Shown: positions 55,469 to 63,999, numbered from the stretch's first letter. The stretch is 64,000 bases of DNA from Candidatus Micrarchaeota archaeon (GCA_021804105.1 JAJZKP010000002.1:6899-70898); one strand, 5' to 3'. Notes: generated from the sequence alone by a model not told the origin. Program-made: numbers and translations.

Positions 55469-56159
55469 ATACTTTATCATGCCAGAAAAAGATGGAAATA
55501 CCCTCCCAAGCGAACAACAACGCTTTAATTTGCAAGGATTAGAAAGAAGGCAGAAACTTGCAAATGAACTACTGGATATAGGTTTGAGAGGGCTAAATAG
55601 GGGTGGGGTTATGCCATATGCCTTAGAAGCACATGTATTTGGAGTTGCAAATAAAGACTATGAGGAAGCAGTAGAAGCGTATAGGTATGGTTTGTATGAG
55701 GCTTCTATGGTTATGGTAAGAGCAACCATAGATGCAGCTTTGTATGCATCTAAGTATACAGTCGTTGATAAAATAGAAGGTTTTGAAAGACGTATGGGCG
55801 GAAGCCTTGGAAGCCATAGCAGTTGCCGTAAAAGACGAATAGAGTGGGAAGACTTAGAACCTGAAGCAAAATCGCTTGGCCTAAATCTAAAAAGAAGGCG
55901 AGAACTTTATCGTATTAGAGATAGATATGGGAATCTATCAGCCCATAATGCTGCAAGGCAGATGGCCGATACGATAAAATATGCAAGTTTATCTGAGGAA
56001 GAACGAAAGAGAGTAAAACCTCCAAAGTGGTTCATTAAAGAATCTGATGCCTATCAGGTTCTGAAACGCACAGGTAAGTATCTGGCTTATATAAGACGAG
56101 TTTATGCGTTAAAAACTCTCAAAGCACTAAATTGGGTTCCACTTTTAGCTCATATATAG
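55461..56159 (+). CDS. DUF4145/HEPN-like hypothetical protein in a low-GC islet
   Basis: EEAVEAYRYGLYEASMVMVRATIDAAL ... LYRIRDRYGNLSAHNA resembles the DUF4145 pattern (helical pair plus R..GN..AH) and fits an Rx6H HEPN-like motif. Visibly AT-richer than its neighbours. Last 41 nt overlap the IS remnant. Confidence 0.6.
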   Translation: MSRYFIMPEKDGNTLPSEQQRFNLQGLERRQKLANELLDIGLRGLNRGGVMPYALEAHVFGVANKDYEEAVEAYRYGLYEASMVMVRATIDAALYASKYTVVDKIEGFERRMGGSLGSHSSCRKRRIEWEDLEPEAKSLGLNLKRRRELYRIRDRYGNLSAHNAARQMADTIKYASLSEEERKRVKPPKWFIKESDAYQVLKRTGKYLAYIRRVYALKTLKALNWVPLLAHI

Positions 56160-56430
56160 CACTTATCAGAACTGTAATATTGTATGCTATCAGCTTGCAA
56201 AGAAGCTCATTAGTTTGAGACACTATATTCTTGTTCTTTAGGCTGTCTCCAAACTTGCTCTTAATAGCCATATTCGCAGATTCGATGTTGCTTCTCTTGC
56301 GGTAATGTTTCATAAGCTAGTCTTTGAACATATGCTAGTAGTAGAACGTCTTATTCCAGACCTTGCCACCATGACTGCGTTGGCTTGCATTTACCTTGAA
56401 TGGTATGTATGTGCTGATTGAGGTTTCTGC
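56119..56430 (-). pseudogene. C-terminal remnant of a DDE-type IS transposase (5'-truncated, two in-frame TAG stops)
   Basis: The single frame reads AETSISTYIPFKVNASQRSHGGKVWNKTFYY*HMFKD*LMKHYRKRSNIESANMAIKSKFGDSLKNKNIVSQTNELLCKLIAYNITVLI. The Y.KRSNIES...IK.KFG...Q.NE...K..AYNI block is a typical transposase C-terminus. The frame abuts the stop of the HAD gene at 56430. Confidence 0.75.
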
Positions 56431-57104
56431 TATCCTACGAGCCCCAGTATCTTTCCGCGATCCTTGATGCTCTTTACTACAAGGCTTGCCCCTGCCGACT
56501 TGAGTTCGCCCTCTGAATGGTGCCCGCTCTCTACGCCAACAGACGCAACTCCCACCGCCTTAGCATCTTTTATCATGTACGGCGAGTTTGTCACTATAAG
56601 TATCTCTTCCTTCCCGATCTTAAGTTCCGATTCGGCTCTCTTTACTGCACTCCTTACTATATCCTCAAATGTCTTGCCGTCATTTCCATAGGCCCCAATC
56701 TTGAAGAATCCGTGTATAGTGGTCTTTTCAGCCCTGAACTTTGCTATCCTTTCTGCTTCCCCGGTTATTATACCCATTGCTATGTCTTTCTTCCACAGCT
56801 GCGCCAACAACTCCCGAGCACCATCGACCAGTACCTGCTTGTCATGCCCTGCGACATTGTAATAAGTGTAAAATAAGTCTTCCATTATCCTGTTCAGCTT
56901 TGCCTTGATCTCCGCTTCATCCATCTTGTCCTTCCTTAGCACATCCTGTGCTATCTCCTGCGACGTCCATCCTGCATAGTCACTCAGGTTTACGGTGACT
57001 ACCCTCCCGTATATGTTCCTTATCGACTCGGCCATGTACTCCGAAACGTCTTTGCTATCCCTGACCAGCATGTTCCCAACATCAAAGAGGACAAGTTTGT
57101 ACAT
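56430..57104 (-). CDS. HAD-superfamily hydrolase (phosphoglycolate phosphatase-like)
   Basis: Motif I VLFDVGNM, motif II ITGE, C-terminal region VGVESGHHS. ATG at 57104. Confidence 0.85.
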   Translation of the reverse strand: MYKLVLFDVGNMLVRDSKDVSEYMAESIRNIYGRVVTVNLSDYAGWTSQEIAQDVLRKDKMDEAEIKAKLNRIMEDLFYTYYNVAGHDKQVLVDGARELLAQLWKKDIAMGIITGEAERIAKFRAEKTTIHGFFKIGAYGNDGKTFEDIVRSAVKRAESELKIGKEEILIVTNSPYMIKDAKAVGVASVGVESGHHSEGELKSAGASLVVKSIKDRGKILGLVG

Positions 57105-57119
57105 TCTCAACCACGTCGC

Positions 57120-57314
57120 CTACTTTGCAAGCTCAATATCAATTTTCTTGACCGTTTTCCGTTTTGCATGCGCAGCGAGCCGCACGGCCTTCTTTGCAGT
57201 CCCGAATGCGAATCTGTTCACTATCTCGGCAAGCTCCTCTGCTGCATCATCGCTTATTCTCTCTGCCCCTGCATCCTTAAGTATCTTCTTCACCGTAAGA
57301 ATAGTTATTGGCAT
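57120..57314 (-). CDS. Archaeal histone (HMf-type histone fold)
   Basis: [63 protein letters not shown] closely parallels HMfA/B. The ORF-track upstream extension is discarded. 64 aa. Confidence 0.9.
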   Translation of the reverse strand: MPITILTVKKILKDAGAERISDDAAEELAEIVNRFAFGTAKKAVRLAAHAKRKTVKKIDIELAK

Positions 57315-57370
57315 AGGATACAGAATACCTTTGCATAAAGCAATTATAAATATATGGGTGAACATGGAAA

Positions 57371-57871
57371 ATGCTTAAGATAAGGGACCTAGAGCCCCGA
57401 GATAAAGATGGCCTCTCCTCATTCATTACGGAAATATACAAAGAATACCCTACTTCGATGTGGTTTGAGAGTGAGCCAACACCAGTAATGCTATCCAAGC
57501 TATTTGACCACAAGCTCTCTGCCATGCTGGAAAAGAATATAGTAGACATCGTTGCTGTTGAAGGTGGAGAGGATGGTGCCGAAGCAGTCTTGGGGGAATT
57601 GGAGATAGCAAGGCTAGCCGGTCCTATCGGATATATAGGGATAATAATAAGGAAAGACAGGCGCGGCAAGGGACTTGGCTCCATGCTGCTTGAACGTGCC
57701 TGCGCGCAGGCCTCCCTGCTCGGAATCACCGATCTCCGCGCGGAAATAGTCGAGGAGAATACTGCAGCAAGGAAGCTATTTGAGAAATACGAGTTCCTTC
57801 TGGAGAGCGGCGAGGCAAAGAATGGCCCTACAGGAAGCAAGGTGGTGCTATACCGAAGGGCCATGAAATGA
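57371..57871 (+). CDS. GNAT-family N-acetyltransferase
   Basis: Acetyl-CoA motif [20 protein letters not shown], plus [15 protein letters not shown]. Confidence 0.88.
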   Translation: MLKIRDLEPRDKDGLSSFITEIYKEYPTSMWFESEPTPVMLSKLFDHKLSAMLEKNIVDIVAVEGGEDGAEAVLGELEIARLAGPIGYIGIIIRKDRRGKGLGSMLLERACAQASLLGITDLRAEIVEENTAARKLFEKYEFLLESGEAKNGPTGSKVVLYRRAMK

Positions 57872-58495
57872 TCAGTGGCTCTGGTTGTAAGTGGAATAAA
57901 AGGTTCCGTTCACTTGCGAGATTATGGCATATATTGATCTGCTGTTCGTAGTGGAAGAATAGTTGACTATCCAGACCTTGCTGTAATTGAATCCGTTTAT
58001 GTTTATGCTGGGATAATAGTTTGCATGCACAACAACATTGTTGTACCCGTTTATGTTAACAAAATTCGTTATGGCCGAGTTGTTCAGGCTGTAAGAGCGC
58101 ACTATTGCATCAGGGAATGAGCCTATCGTATAGCTGCTGTTGCCAACAAGCCCGTATATCCTGCAGTTCTCCGTATATACGTTATCGGTTCTGTTTACGA
58201 AGCCATACTTGGGATAATCAAAAGAATATACTATGTAAGTGGGGCATGGCGTGGTCGGATTGTTTATGAAGGATACAACAACATGCCAGCTGCCAGGGTA
58301 CACCGACTGCGTCTCGTTGGTGACATTTACGATTGCATTAGGATTGTGGCTCTTTAAATATCCTAATATTAGGGTGGCTGCTTGCTGCTCTGTGACGGGC
58401 CCAGGGACAAATACCTTCTCAAATGCGTAGTAGACTACTGCGATAACTACAACCAGAACGATCGCTATGACCAAGGCCTTCATAAGCAAGTCCAT
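57872..58495 (-). CDS. Membrane-anchored sequon-rich surface protein
   Basis: N-terminal TM ALVIAIVLVVVIAVVYYAF, followed by an N-x-S/T-rich ectodomain. Zero-nt gap to the convergent GNAT gene. Confidence 0.68.
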   Translation of the reverse strand: MDLLMKALVIAIVLVVVIAVVYYAFEKVFVPGPVTEQQAATLILGYLKSHNPNAIVNVTNETQSVYPGSWHVVVSFINNPTTPCPTYIVYSFDYPKYGFVNRTDNVYTENCRIYGLVGNSSYTIGSFPDAIVRSYSLNNSAITNFVNINGYNNVVVHANYYPSININGFNYSKVWIVNYSSTTNSRSIYAIISQVNGTFYSTYNQSH

Positions 58496-58608
58496 GGTTT
58501 AGCTATCGGAACAAATGTATAAAAGAGTTTGCTAACCTCGGAATAGGAGACAAACCATTGATAATCTTTGCAGTCTATCCTAATAGCATGAACTTCAAGG
58601 AAGGCGAA

Positions 58609-59751
58609 ATGGTAATAACAGTAAAGTTTGGCGAACTCTGGCTTCGCGGAAGGAACCGCGGAATGTATGTAAATGCCCTGAAAAACAATTTGCTGGTATT
58701 GCTCAAAGGAGAACGGTTCAAGCTCGAGAAGGATTACGACCGTTTCATAATCCGCCCGAGCCACGATGCCAACATGGAACATCTAAGGACGGGCCTCTCA
58801 CACTTGTTCGGCATAAGCGGCTACGAGATATCCTATGTTACCAAACCAACCCTTGCAGCAATCTGCAAGTCCTCGAAAATACTGCTGAAAGATAAAAAAG
58901 GAATCAAGGCCGTGCGTATAAACGCTCATAGGAGCTACAAGAAATTCAAGTTCAATTCTATTGATATAACAAGAAACCTGATCAAGGTCCTTGGAGATAT
59001 CGGGATATCACCAGAGCTTCACAACTTCGATCAAGAGTTGTTTGTTAATGTGACAAGGGACTGGGCGTTCTTGTCTATGGACCGGGTCAAGGGTCCGGGC
59101 GGGTTGCCTGTAGGAACGAGTGGCAGGGGCATAGTGCTCCTTTCCGGAGGGATAGACTCGCCTGTTGCAGCTTGGTATGCCATGAAGAGAGGTGTTGAAC
59201 CTATCCCCGTGCATATCCATGGCTATTCAGATGCAAAGGAGGCCATGGAATCCAAGATACCTCGGCTTGTCGAGATACTCTCTTCATACAGCCCCGGGAC
59301 AAAGACATATTATGTCCCCTCGCATGTCTTTCAGATGGGCGCCCTTAGGAGCGGGCGGCACGAGTTGATACTGCTTAAAGCTTTCATGCTAAGGCTTGCC
59401 GATGCAATTGCGGAGAAAGAGGGTGCGCAGGCAATATTTACCGGAGAGAGCCTAGGCCAGGTCGCATCACAGACAATGTCTAACCTGCAGGCCGAGCAGA
59501 ACGGCGTAAAGACCCAGATACTTAGGCCGCTCATAGGTTTTGACAAACAGGAGATCATATCAATTGCAAAACGCATAGGTACTTACGACGAGTCCATAAA
59601 ACCGTACAAAGACGTATGCTCTATAAATTCAAGGAATCCTGTTACAAGGACCGACCCGGGATTGATGTCAGAGCTGATCAAGGAGTTCAAGATAGCAGCA
59701 TTGGTAAAGAAGTCCTTAAAGCTCTCAAAGATTGAGGCCCATAGCAGATGA
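58609..59751 (+). CDS. thiI: tRNA 4-thiouridine synthase ThiI (THUMP + PP-loop)
   Basis: MVITVKFGELWLRGRNR N-terminus and PP-loop LLSGGIDSPVAAW. AGGAAGG Shine-Dalgarno-like sequence before the ATG at 58609. Confidence 0.9.
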   Translation: MVITVKFGELWLRGRNRGMYVNALKNNLLVLLKGERFKLEKDYDRFIIRPSHDANMEHLRTGLSHLFGISGYEISYVTKPTLAAICKSSKILLKDKKGIKAVRINAHRSYKKFKFNSIDITRNLIKVLGDIGISPELHNFDQELFVNVTRDWAFLSMDRVKGPGGLPVGTSGRGIVLLSGGIDSPVAAWYAMKRGVEPIPVHIHGYSDAKEAMESKIPRLVEILSSYSPGTKTYYVPSHVFQMGALRSGRHELILLKAFMLRLADAIAEKEGAQAIFTGESLGQVASQTMSNLQAEQNGVKTQILRPLIGFDKQEIISIAKRIGTYDESIKPYKDVCSINSRNPVTRTDPGLMSELIKEFKIAALVKKSLKLSKIEAHSR

Positions 59752-59860
59752 TTGCAGAAACATGGAACCGGCGGCTGGGCATTCAAGCCTTGTTAACATC
59801 AAGAACATGCAACCGCTTCTTAGGTGCCATGCCGCAAGCGCGTACCCAGGCAAGCTCGGC

Positions 59861-60034
59861 TTAGGCATTAGCAGCTTGCGATGAAGCTACCTCCTTCTTG
59901 CTGGGCTTTTTCCTGTAAAGTTCGCTGTACTTATAGCATCTATCTGAGCAATAATAGCGTATGGCCCCATTCCTTTTTACGTATATGAGCCCTGTGCCTC
60001 TCTCTATCTCGCCAGTGCAGTATGAGCATTTCAT
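59861..60034 (-). CDS. rpl24e: 50S ribosomal protein L24e
   Basis: MKCSYCTGEIERGTGLIYVKRNGAIRYYCSDRC zinc-ribbon pattern. ATG at 60034. Confidence 0.92.
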   Translation of the reverse strand: MKCSYCTGEIERGTGLIYVKRNGAIRYYCSDRCYKYSELYRKKPSKKEVASSQAANA

Positions 60035-60035
60035 A

Positions 60036-60260
60036 TTATCTCGCCCGTATAGGCTTGTCCTCCCTGCTTGTATCCCCAAGCCTTATCAGGTCCCCTACCC
60101 TGACTTTTCCTGCAATATTCTTCCTTATTACCCTGCCCTTGTCAGGGCCTTCCAGGATCTTGCCGAGGATCTGCTTTATCTCCCCATATATCCCTGTCCT
60201 TCTAGGGGCTACCTCGACTACTTCAGCGAGCCAACCCTCTAGCTTCTTCTCCTCGGCCAT
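60036..60260 (-). CDS. rps28e: 30S ribosomal protein S28e
   Basis: AEVVEVAPRRTGIYGEIKQILGKILEGPDKGRVIRKNIAGKVRVGDLIRL matches the S28e core. Confidence 0.92.
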   Translation of the reverse strand: MAEEKKLEGWLAEVVEVAPRRTGIYGEIKQILGKILEGPDKGRVIRKNIAGKVRVGDLIRLGDTSREDKPIRAR

Positions 60261-60273
60261 TCAAAACACCTTG

Positions 60274-60750
60274 TTACGCCTGGGCTGCAGGAGCAGCAGG
60301 CTTTGACTGCGGCTTAGGAGCGCTTGCCGGCTTTGGCGTTGCCGCAGGCTTTGCAGCCTGTGCAGGCTTCGCCTCTGCAGATCCGGCGCTCTTTCCTGTA
60401 ATCTTTGCTATAACATCCTTCATCGTGCGCTCTGACTCTCCGGGCTTCTCTATCGAAGCCGCAGCGCACGGCACATTAATTCCTATTGCCTTTCCTAGAT
60501 CAAGCTTCGTGGGAAGATAGCCGAATGGGATCTTCTTCTGCTCGCAGAGCGTAGGTATGTGCATTACCACTTCCTCAGGGTCAACGTCTTCAGCTATCAC
60601 GACAAAGTTTGCAAGGCCTCTCTCGACGCTCTTGGTCACTTCGTTCGCGCCTTTCCTTATTGTTCCGCTCTGCTTTGCAAGCCGCAATGCCTCCGCTATC
60701 TTTCCAGCCACATCTTTCGATACCTCGAATTTCACATAGGATTTTGCCAT
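60274..60750 (-). CDS. rpl7ae: 50S ribosomal protein L7Ae with Ala/Pro/Lys-rich C-terminal extension
   Basis: KGANEVTKSVERGLANFVVIAEDVDPEEVVMHIPTLCEQKKIPF kink-turn-binding core, plus tail AEAKPAQAAKPAATPKPASAPKPQSKPAAPAAQA. Confidence 0.93.
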   Translation of the reverse strand: MAKSYVKFEVSKDVAGKIAEALRLAKQSGTIRKGANEVTKSVERGLANFVVIAEDVDPEEVVMHIPTLCEQKKIPFGYLPTKLDLGKAIGINVPCAAASIEKPGESERTMKDVIAKITGKSAGSAEAKPAQAAKPAATPKPASAPKPQSKPAAPAAQA

Positions 60751-61190
60751 TTAGACACCTCATGTCATTGGTGCAACAATTAGTTGCGCTAACCTAATGG
60801 TTAGTTACATATCATATGCAACGTATAACCTTAAATACCTTTCAATCTGCCTGCATAGAAGCCATTATAAGTGCCATTCACAGCAGGTCCTAACAAGCCT
60901 GGCATACAAGCTACTACAACTGGCTTTCCTATTGAGATATCGTTCAGAGTAGCGCTTACTTTAAAGCCTTCCCGCAGCCTCCGCTTAACTGTACGCTGCC
61001 TTGAAGGGTCCGTGACACGATTAACTTTCATTGCTGAGGATTAAATAAACTCAACGTATGCAACGGCAGAAAAATCAGATGAAGATTATATAGTTACTGC
61101 ATGCTTATAAGCGTTTCAATGCACATCGGGCAGTGATGATTCTCCAACAAACATTTTATAAGGAACAGATGCAGTAACTAATCCTAATGC

Positions 61191-62444
61191 TTGGTGCTGC
61201 AAGTGACTGCTATTATTGATGCCCCTACAGAAACAAGGAAGAATTCGTGCCGTATAGAGTCAAGATTCAAGCTTGACGATGCCAGTGTGGAAAAGGCAGT
61301 CTTGCAATACCAGAAATACGTTTCTGCTGCAAAGCAGGCAACAAAGGGCGATGCGTCTCCTGGAGCATTATACCTCATGGCTGCAAGGGTTGCAGCAGAA
61401 GCAGGACTTGTGGAGAGAAGCACCAATGAACAAGACATGGAGACCCTCGTATCTACGGAAAAGTCCGAGTCAAGAATATCATCCCAGCTTAATTATGCCT
61501 CGTCGTTGCGCGAACGCATGCTTAAGGATCCTCCGCCATGGGCCAGAGGGGGCGGGGAAGTGCTCTCAAATGCCGAATACTCATCATACTTCGAAACCAT
61601 AAATATTGCATTCCAGGAGAATGTGCCTACGGCCAGGATAATAGACCTTATAGGCATAATCGCGTCAAGACTGCCTGACAAGGACGAGGCATACCTTGCT
61701 GGAGAAGTAGCAAACATTGCAAAGCAGAAAAAGAGGCACGTGTACCTCTACGAACTGGCTGTCCATTATAAGCTTGGAAATGATATTACTGAATATGCAT
61801 ATGCCAGGATAAGGAGAATCACTGTGACAAAAGACCTTGCGATGCCTAATGCCGAGCAGGCGTTTATTGCCTTCAAAGGGGCAGGCATGCATGAGGATGC
61901 CATATCTGTTGCAGCAGAATTCAACCTTAAGTCGAGCGGCACCCTGGGCGGCAAGGTCAGCCGCGCAGCAGCAATAATAAACGAGGCCAATGACCCAGCC
62001 ATGAAAAAGAGTCTCATACTGTTTGCCCAGGAAGCATACAAGGCAAGGGGAAACTACGAAGTTGCTTCAGATCTTGTGCATGATTATAGAGACTGGCTGC
62101 TCAGCGAAGCTGAGAAGGCCTCCCGCGCCGAGGAGCTGCTAGAAAGGAAGATGCGTGCGCCTGAGAGGAACAGGATACTAATGGCAATGCGAAGGGAGGA
62201 CAGGAAAGTTCCAAAGCTGCCTCACCAGAAAACATTGCTGACCTTCAGCGAGCAGGAGATACTTGACCTTCTCATCAGAGATTCCACGTCTATACCTGCC
62301 CACTATGCAAAATGGCCTGCAGAGCTTAGGCCGCAGCCGCAGGAAGTGAGTATTAACAGGAATGACTTCCGTGCAGATCTAAAAGCCCTAGTAACCAGGG
62401 GAGACCTCCAGAAAACGGGAAATAAGTACAGGCTAAGAGCGTAA
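61191..62444 (+). CDS. Hypothetical helical protein with C-terminal wHTH-like segment
   Basis: 417-aa ORF with a TTG/GTG start (no in-frame ATG for about 60 codons). Alpha-helical composition. C-terminus FRADLKALVTRGDLQKTGNKYRLRA looks like a winged-helix wing. Confidence 0.6.
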   Translation: MVLQVTAIIDAPTETRKNSCRIESRFKLDDASVEKAVLQYQKYVSAAKQATKGDASPGALYLMAARVAAEAGLVERSTNEQDMETLVSTEKSESRISSQLNYASSLRERMLKDPPPWARGGGEVLSNAEYSSYFETINIAFQENVPTARIIDLIGIIASRLPDKDEAYLAGEVANIAKQKKRHVYLYELAVHYKLGNDITEYAYARIRRITVTKDLAMPNAEQAFIAFKGAGMHEDAISVAAEFNLKSSGTLGGKVSRAAAIINEANDPAMKKSLILFAQEAYKARGNYEVASDLVHDYRDWLLSEAEKASRAEELLERKMRAPERNRILMAMRREDRKVPKLPHQKTLLTFSEQEILDLLIRDSTSIPAHYAKWPAELRPQPQEVSINRNDFRADLKALVTRGDLQKTGNKYRLRA

Positions 62445-62529
62445 TCCAGAGCCTTGGCTCACTGAATTCCTCGAGAGAAAAGTTACATGGCTTCTGCAAC
62501 ACGCAACTCCGCAATTTCCTTGCTCTGCT

Positions 62530-63999
62530 TCATGCATTTGAGAGACTGCATCCTCCATTTCCATACGGTGTCCATGTAAGGACTGCAACGCCGCCATTTC
62601 CGCCACCACCCCCTACACGTGCTGTTCCAGCTGCTCCGCCTTGCCCTGCGTTGCTTATGCTTCCTGCAGATCCTCCAGGTCCTGCATAGTTCCCTATGGC
62701 AGAGGAACCAGCGCCACCATTAGACCCCCCGTTGCCGCCACCATAACCATGATAACCTGATGCTCCGCCTCCTCCACTACCATAACCTCCTCCGCCTCCG
62801 GCTCCAATGCTGATAGACAGATTCCCTGCACCGCCGTAGAAACCGCTACCTCCAGATCCACTATCATAGGTGGGGCCTCCATTGCCTCCTGTATTAAGGC
62901 TCCCCTGCGAGCCATATTCCTGACCATAATAGTTAACTCCGCCTGCCCCTCCGCTGCTGCCTGTTCCGCCTCTGCCACCATATTGTGGATTGCTAAGGGT
63001 TCCGGCGCCTGCCCCTCCATCAGAGACAGCTACAAGTTTCCCTGATTCTAATATTGCCGTGCTTCCTCCTCCGCCTCCGGATCCTGCGAAGTCCTCTGAT
63101 CCAGAGCCTGCTCCCCCTCCTCCGCCATAGTATCCTGCTCCACCACCGCCTCCTCCTCCGGAGGCACCATATGCTCCTCCTCCTCCTCCGCCTCCAACAT
63201 ATACTGTTAGGTTGCTGCCTGCGCTGAAAGTGGCGGAGCCAGTCACCTTTAATGCACTGCTCCCGGCATAGCCTCCTGAATCATTATATTCGCTACCACC
63301 TCCGCCTCCGCCATAAAGTACATAATCGAATGTTATGGCATGCGGTACAATACCGGAGTAATATGTGGTGATAGTGCTATTGCAGACTGGAGTCCCACTC
63401 CCTGATGATAGCTTTCCCTGCGGTACAGTGGTGGTTATCTGTGTCAGGACAGTAGTAGTACCCACAGATGTTGTCTGCGTATAATTGCTTGTATAGTTGT
63501 TGTTTGTATATGCTGTAGTTACAGGGACTAAACCTGTGGTTACATTGCCTGGAAGTGCTGTTATTTCTGCCTGGGTCACCGGTTTGCCTATAGCAGTCTC
63601 ATTTAGAACTGCAGTCACATTATATCCGCTCTTCAGGTCACTTACATCAGCCTGCAAAGTTAGGTTAAGTGGGATATTGTATTGGTCTGAGAGGCACATG
63701 CCTATGGTGTAATTTCCTGTAGCGTTGCCCTTCCCAAGGTTCCCTGTCATCCTCACCCTTACGCATCCCATTCCATTATGCGTTGCAGGTCCAAGCACAG
63801 TTACTGTAGTGCTGTTTGCCGTCTTGTTCCTGTTTAGATCTGAAATAAATGTGTTTATTCCTGAGTTTAGGCTTGTTCCAGAGTAAGACGGCTGGCATGT
63901 AATCCCTCTGGCAGAAGAATTACCATAGCCAGTTAGACCAAGAGCGAACGAGCTCTTGGAGCAAGAATATGATGTGCCGTTTGCAAGGTAAACTTCCAC
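62530..63999 (-). CDS. Surface glycoprotein paralog with C-terminal poly-glycine domain (5'-partial, continues beyond the window)
   Basis: The N-terminal visible part aligns with the protein at 11641-13014 (ANGTSYSCS.., TVTVLGPATHNGMGCVRVRM, CLSDQYNIPLNLTL, VLNETAIGKP, ALPGNVT). About 260 aa of G-rich repeats follow, ending GGGGNGGVAVLTWTP. The first codon in the window is an internal GTG. Confidence 0.8.
   Translation of the reverse strand: MEVYLANGTSYSCSKSSFALGLTGYGNSSARGITCQPSYSGTSLNSGINTFISDLNRNKTANSTTVTVLGPATHNGMGCVRVRMTGNLGKGNATGNYTIGMCLSDQYNIPLNLTLQADVSDLKSGYNVTAVLNETAIGKPVTQAEITALPGNVTTGLVPVTTAYTNNNYTSNYTQTTSVGTTTVLTQITTTVPQGKLSSGSGTPVCNSTITTYYSGIVPHAITFDYVLYGGGGGGSEYNDSGGYAGSSALKVTGSATFSAGSNLTVYVGGGGGGGAYGASGGGGGGGAGYYGGGGGAGSGSEDFAGSGGGGGSTAILESGKLVAVSDGGAGAGTLSNPQYGGRGGTGSSGGAGGVNYYGQEYGSQGSLNTGGNGGPTYDSGSGGSGFYGGAGNLSISIGAGGGGGYGSGGGGASGYHGYGGGNGGSNGGAGSSAIGNYAGPGGSAGSISNAGQGGAAGTARVGGGGGNGGVAVLTWTPYGNGGCSLSNA
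62533..63324 (-). repeat. Low-complexity GGN-codon tract encoding the glycine-rich domain
   Basis: Plus strand is dominated by cc-rich triplets (ctcctcctccgcctcc etc.), which generates shadow ORFs in other frames (e.g. 62694-63020). Confidence 0.85.

Noticed and set aside
56314-56334. Two in-frame TAG codons in the transposase remnant as possible pyrrolysine or readthrough sites
   Set aside because: The gene is also 5'-truncated by several hundred codons and abuts another gene, and nothing in the window suggests Pyl machinery. Simple pseudogene decay is far more likely.
57277-57864. 195-aa ORF antisense to the GNAT gene and extending over the histone start
   Set aside because: Shadow ORF. 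The opposite-strand genes carry recognisable family motifs.
60831-61031. 66-codon minus-strand ORF downstream region of the rpl7ae cluster spacer
   Set aside because: No family resemblance and no convincing promoter or Shine-Dalgarno sequence. Mentioned only as context in a finding.
61128-61200. GTGATGA (C-box-like) heptamer upstream of the 61191 ORF as a possible C/D box sRNA
   Set aside because: No CTGA D box or C'/D' pair is found at an appropriate distance on that strand.
62694-63020. 108-aa alternative-frame ORF inside the glycine-rich tract
   Set aside because: Frame artefact of the low-complexity GGN tract (an Ala/Glu/Met-rich translation).
62533-63324. Repetitive ctcc/gcc-rich DNA as a possible CRISPR or tandem-repeat array
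   Set aside because: There is no fixed repeat-spacer periodicity. The tract is an uninterrupted GGN-rich reading frame continuous with the upstream ectodomain.
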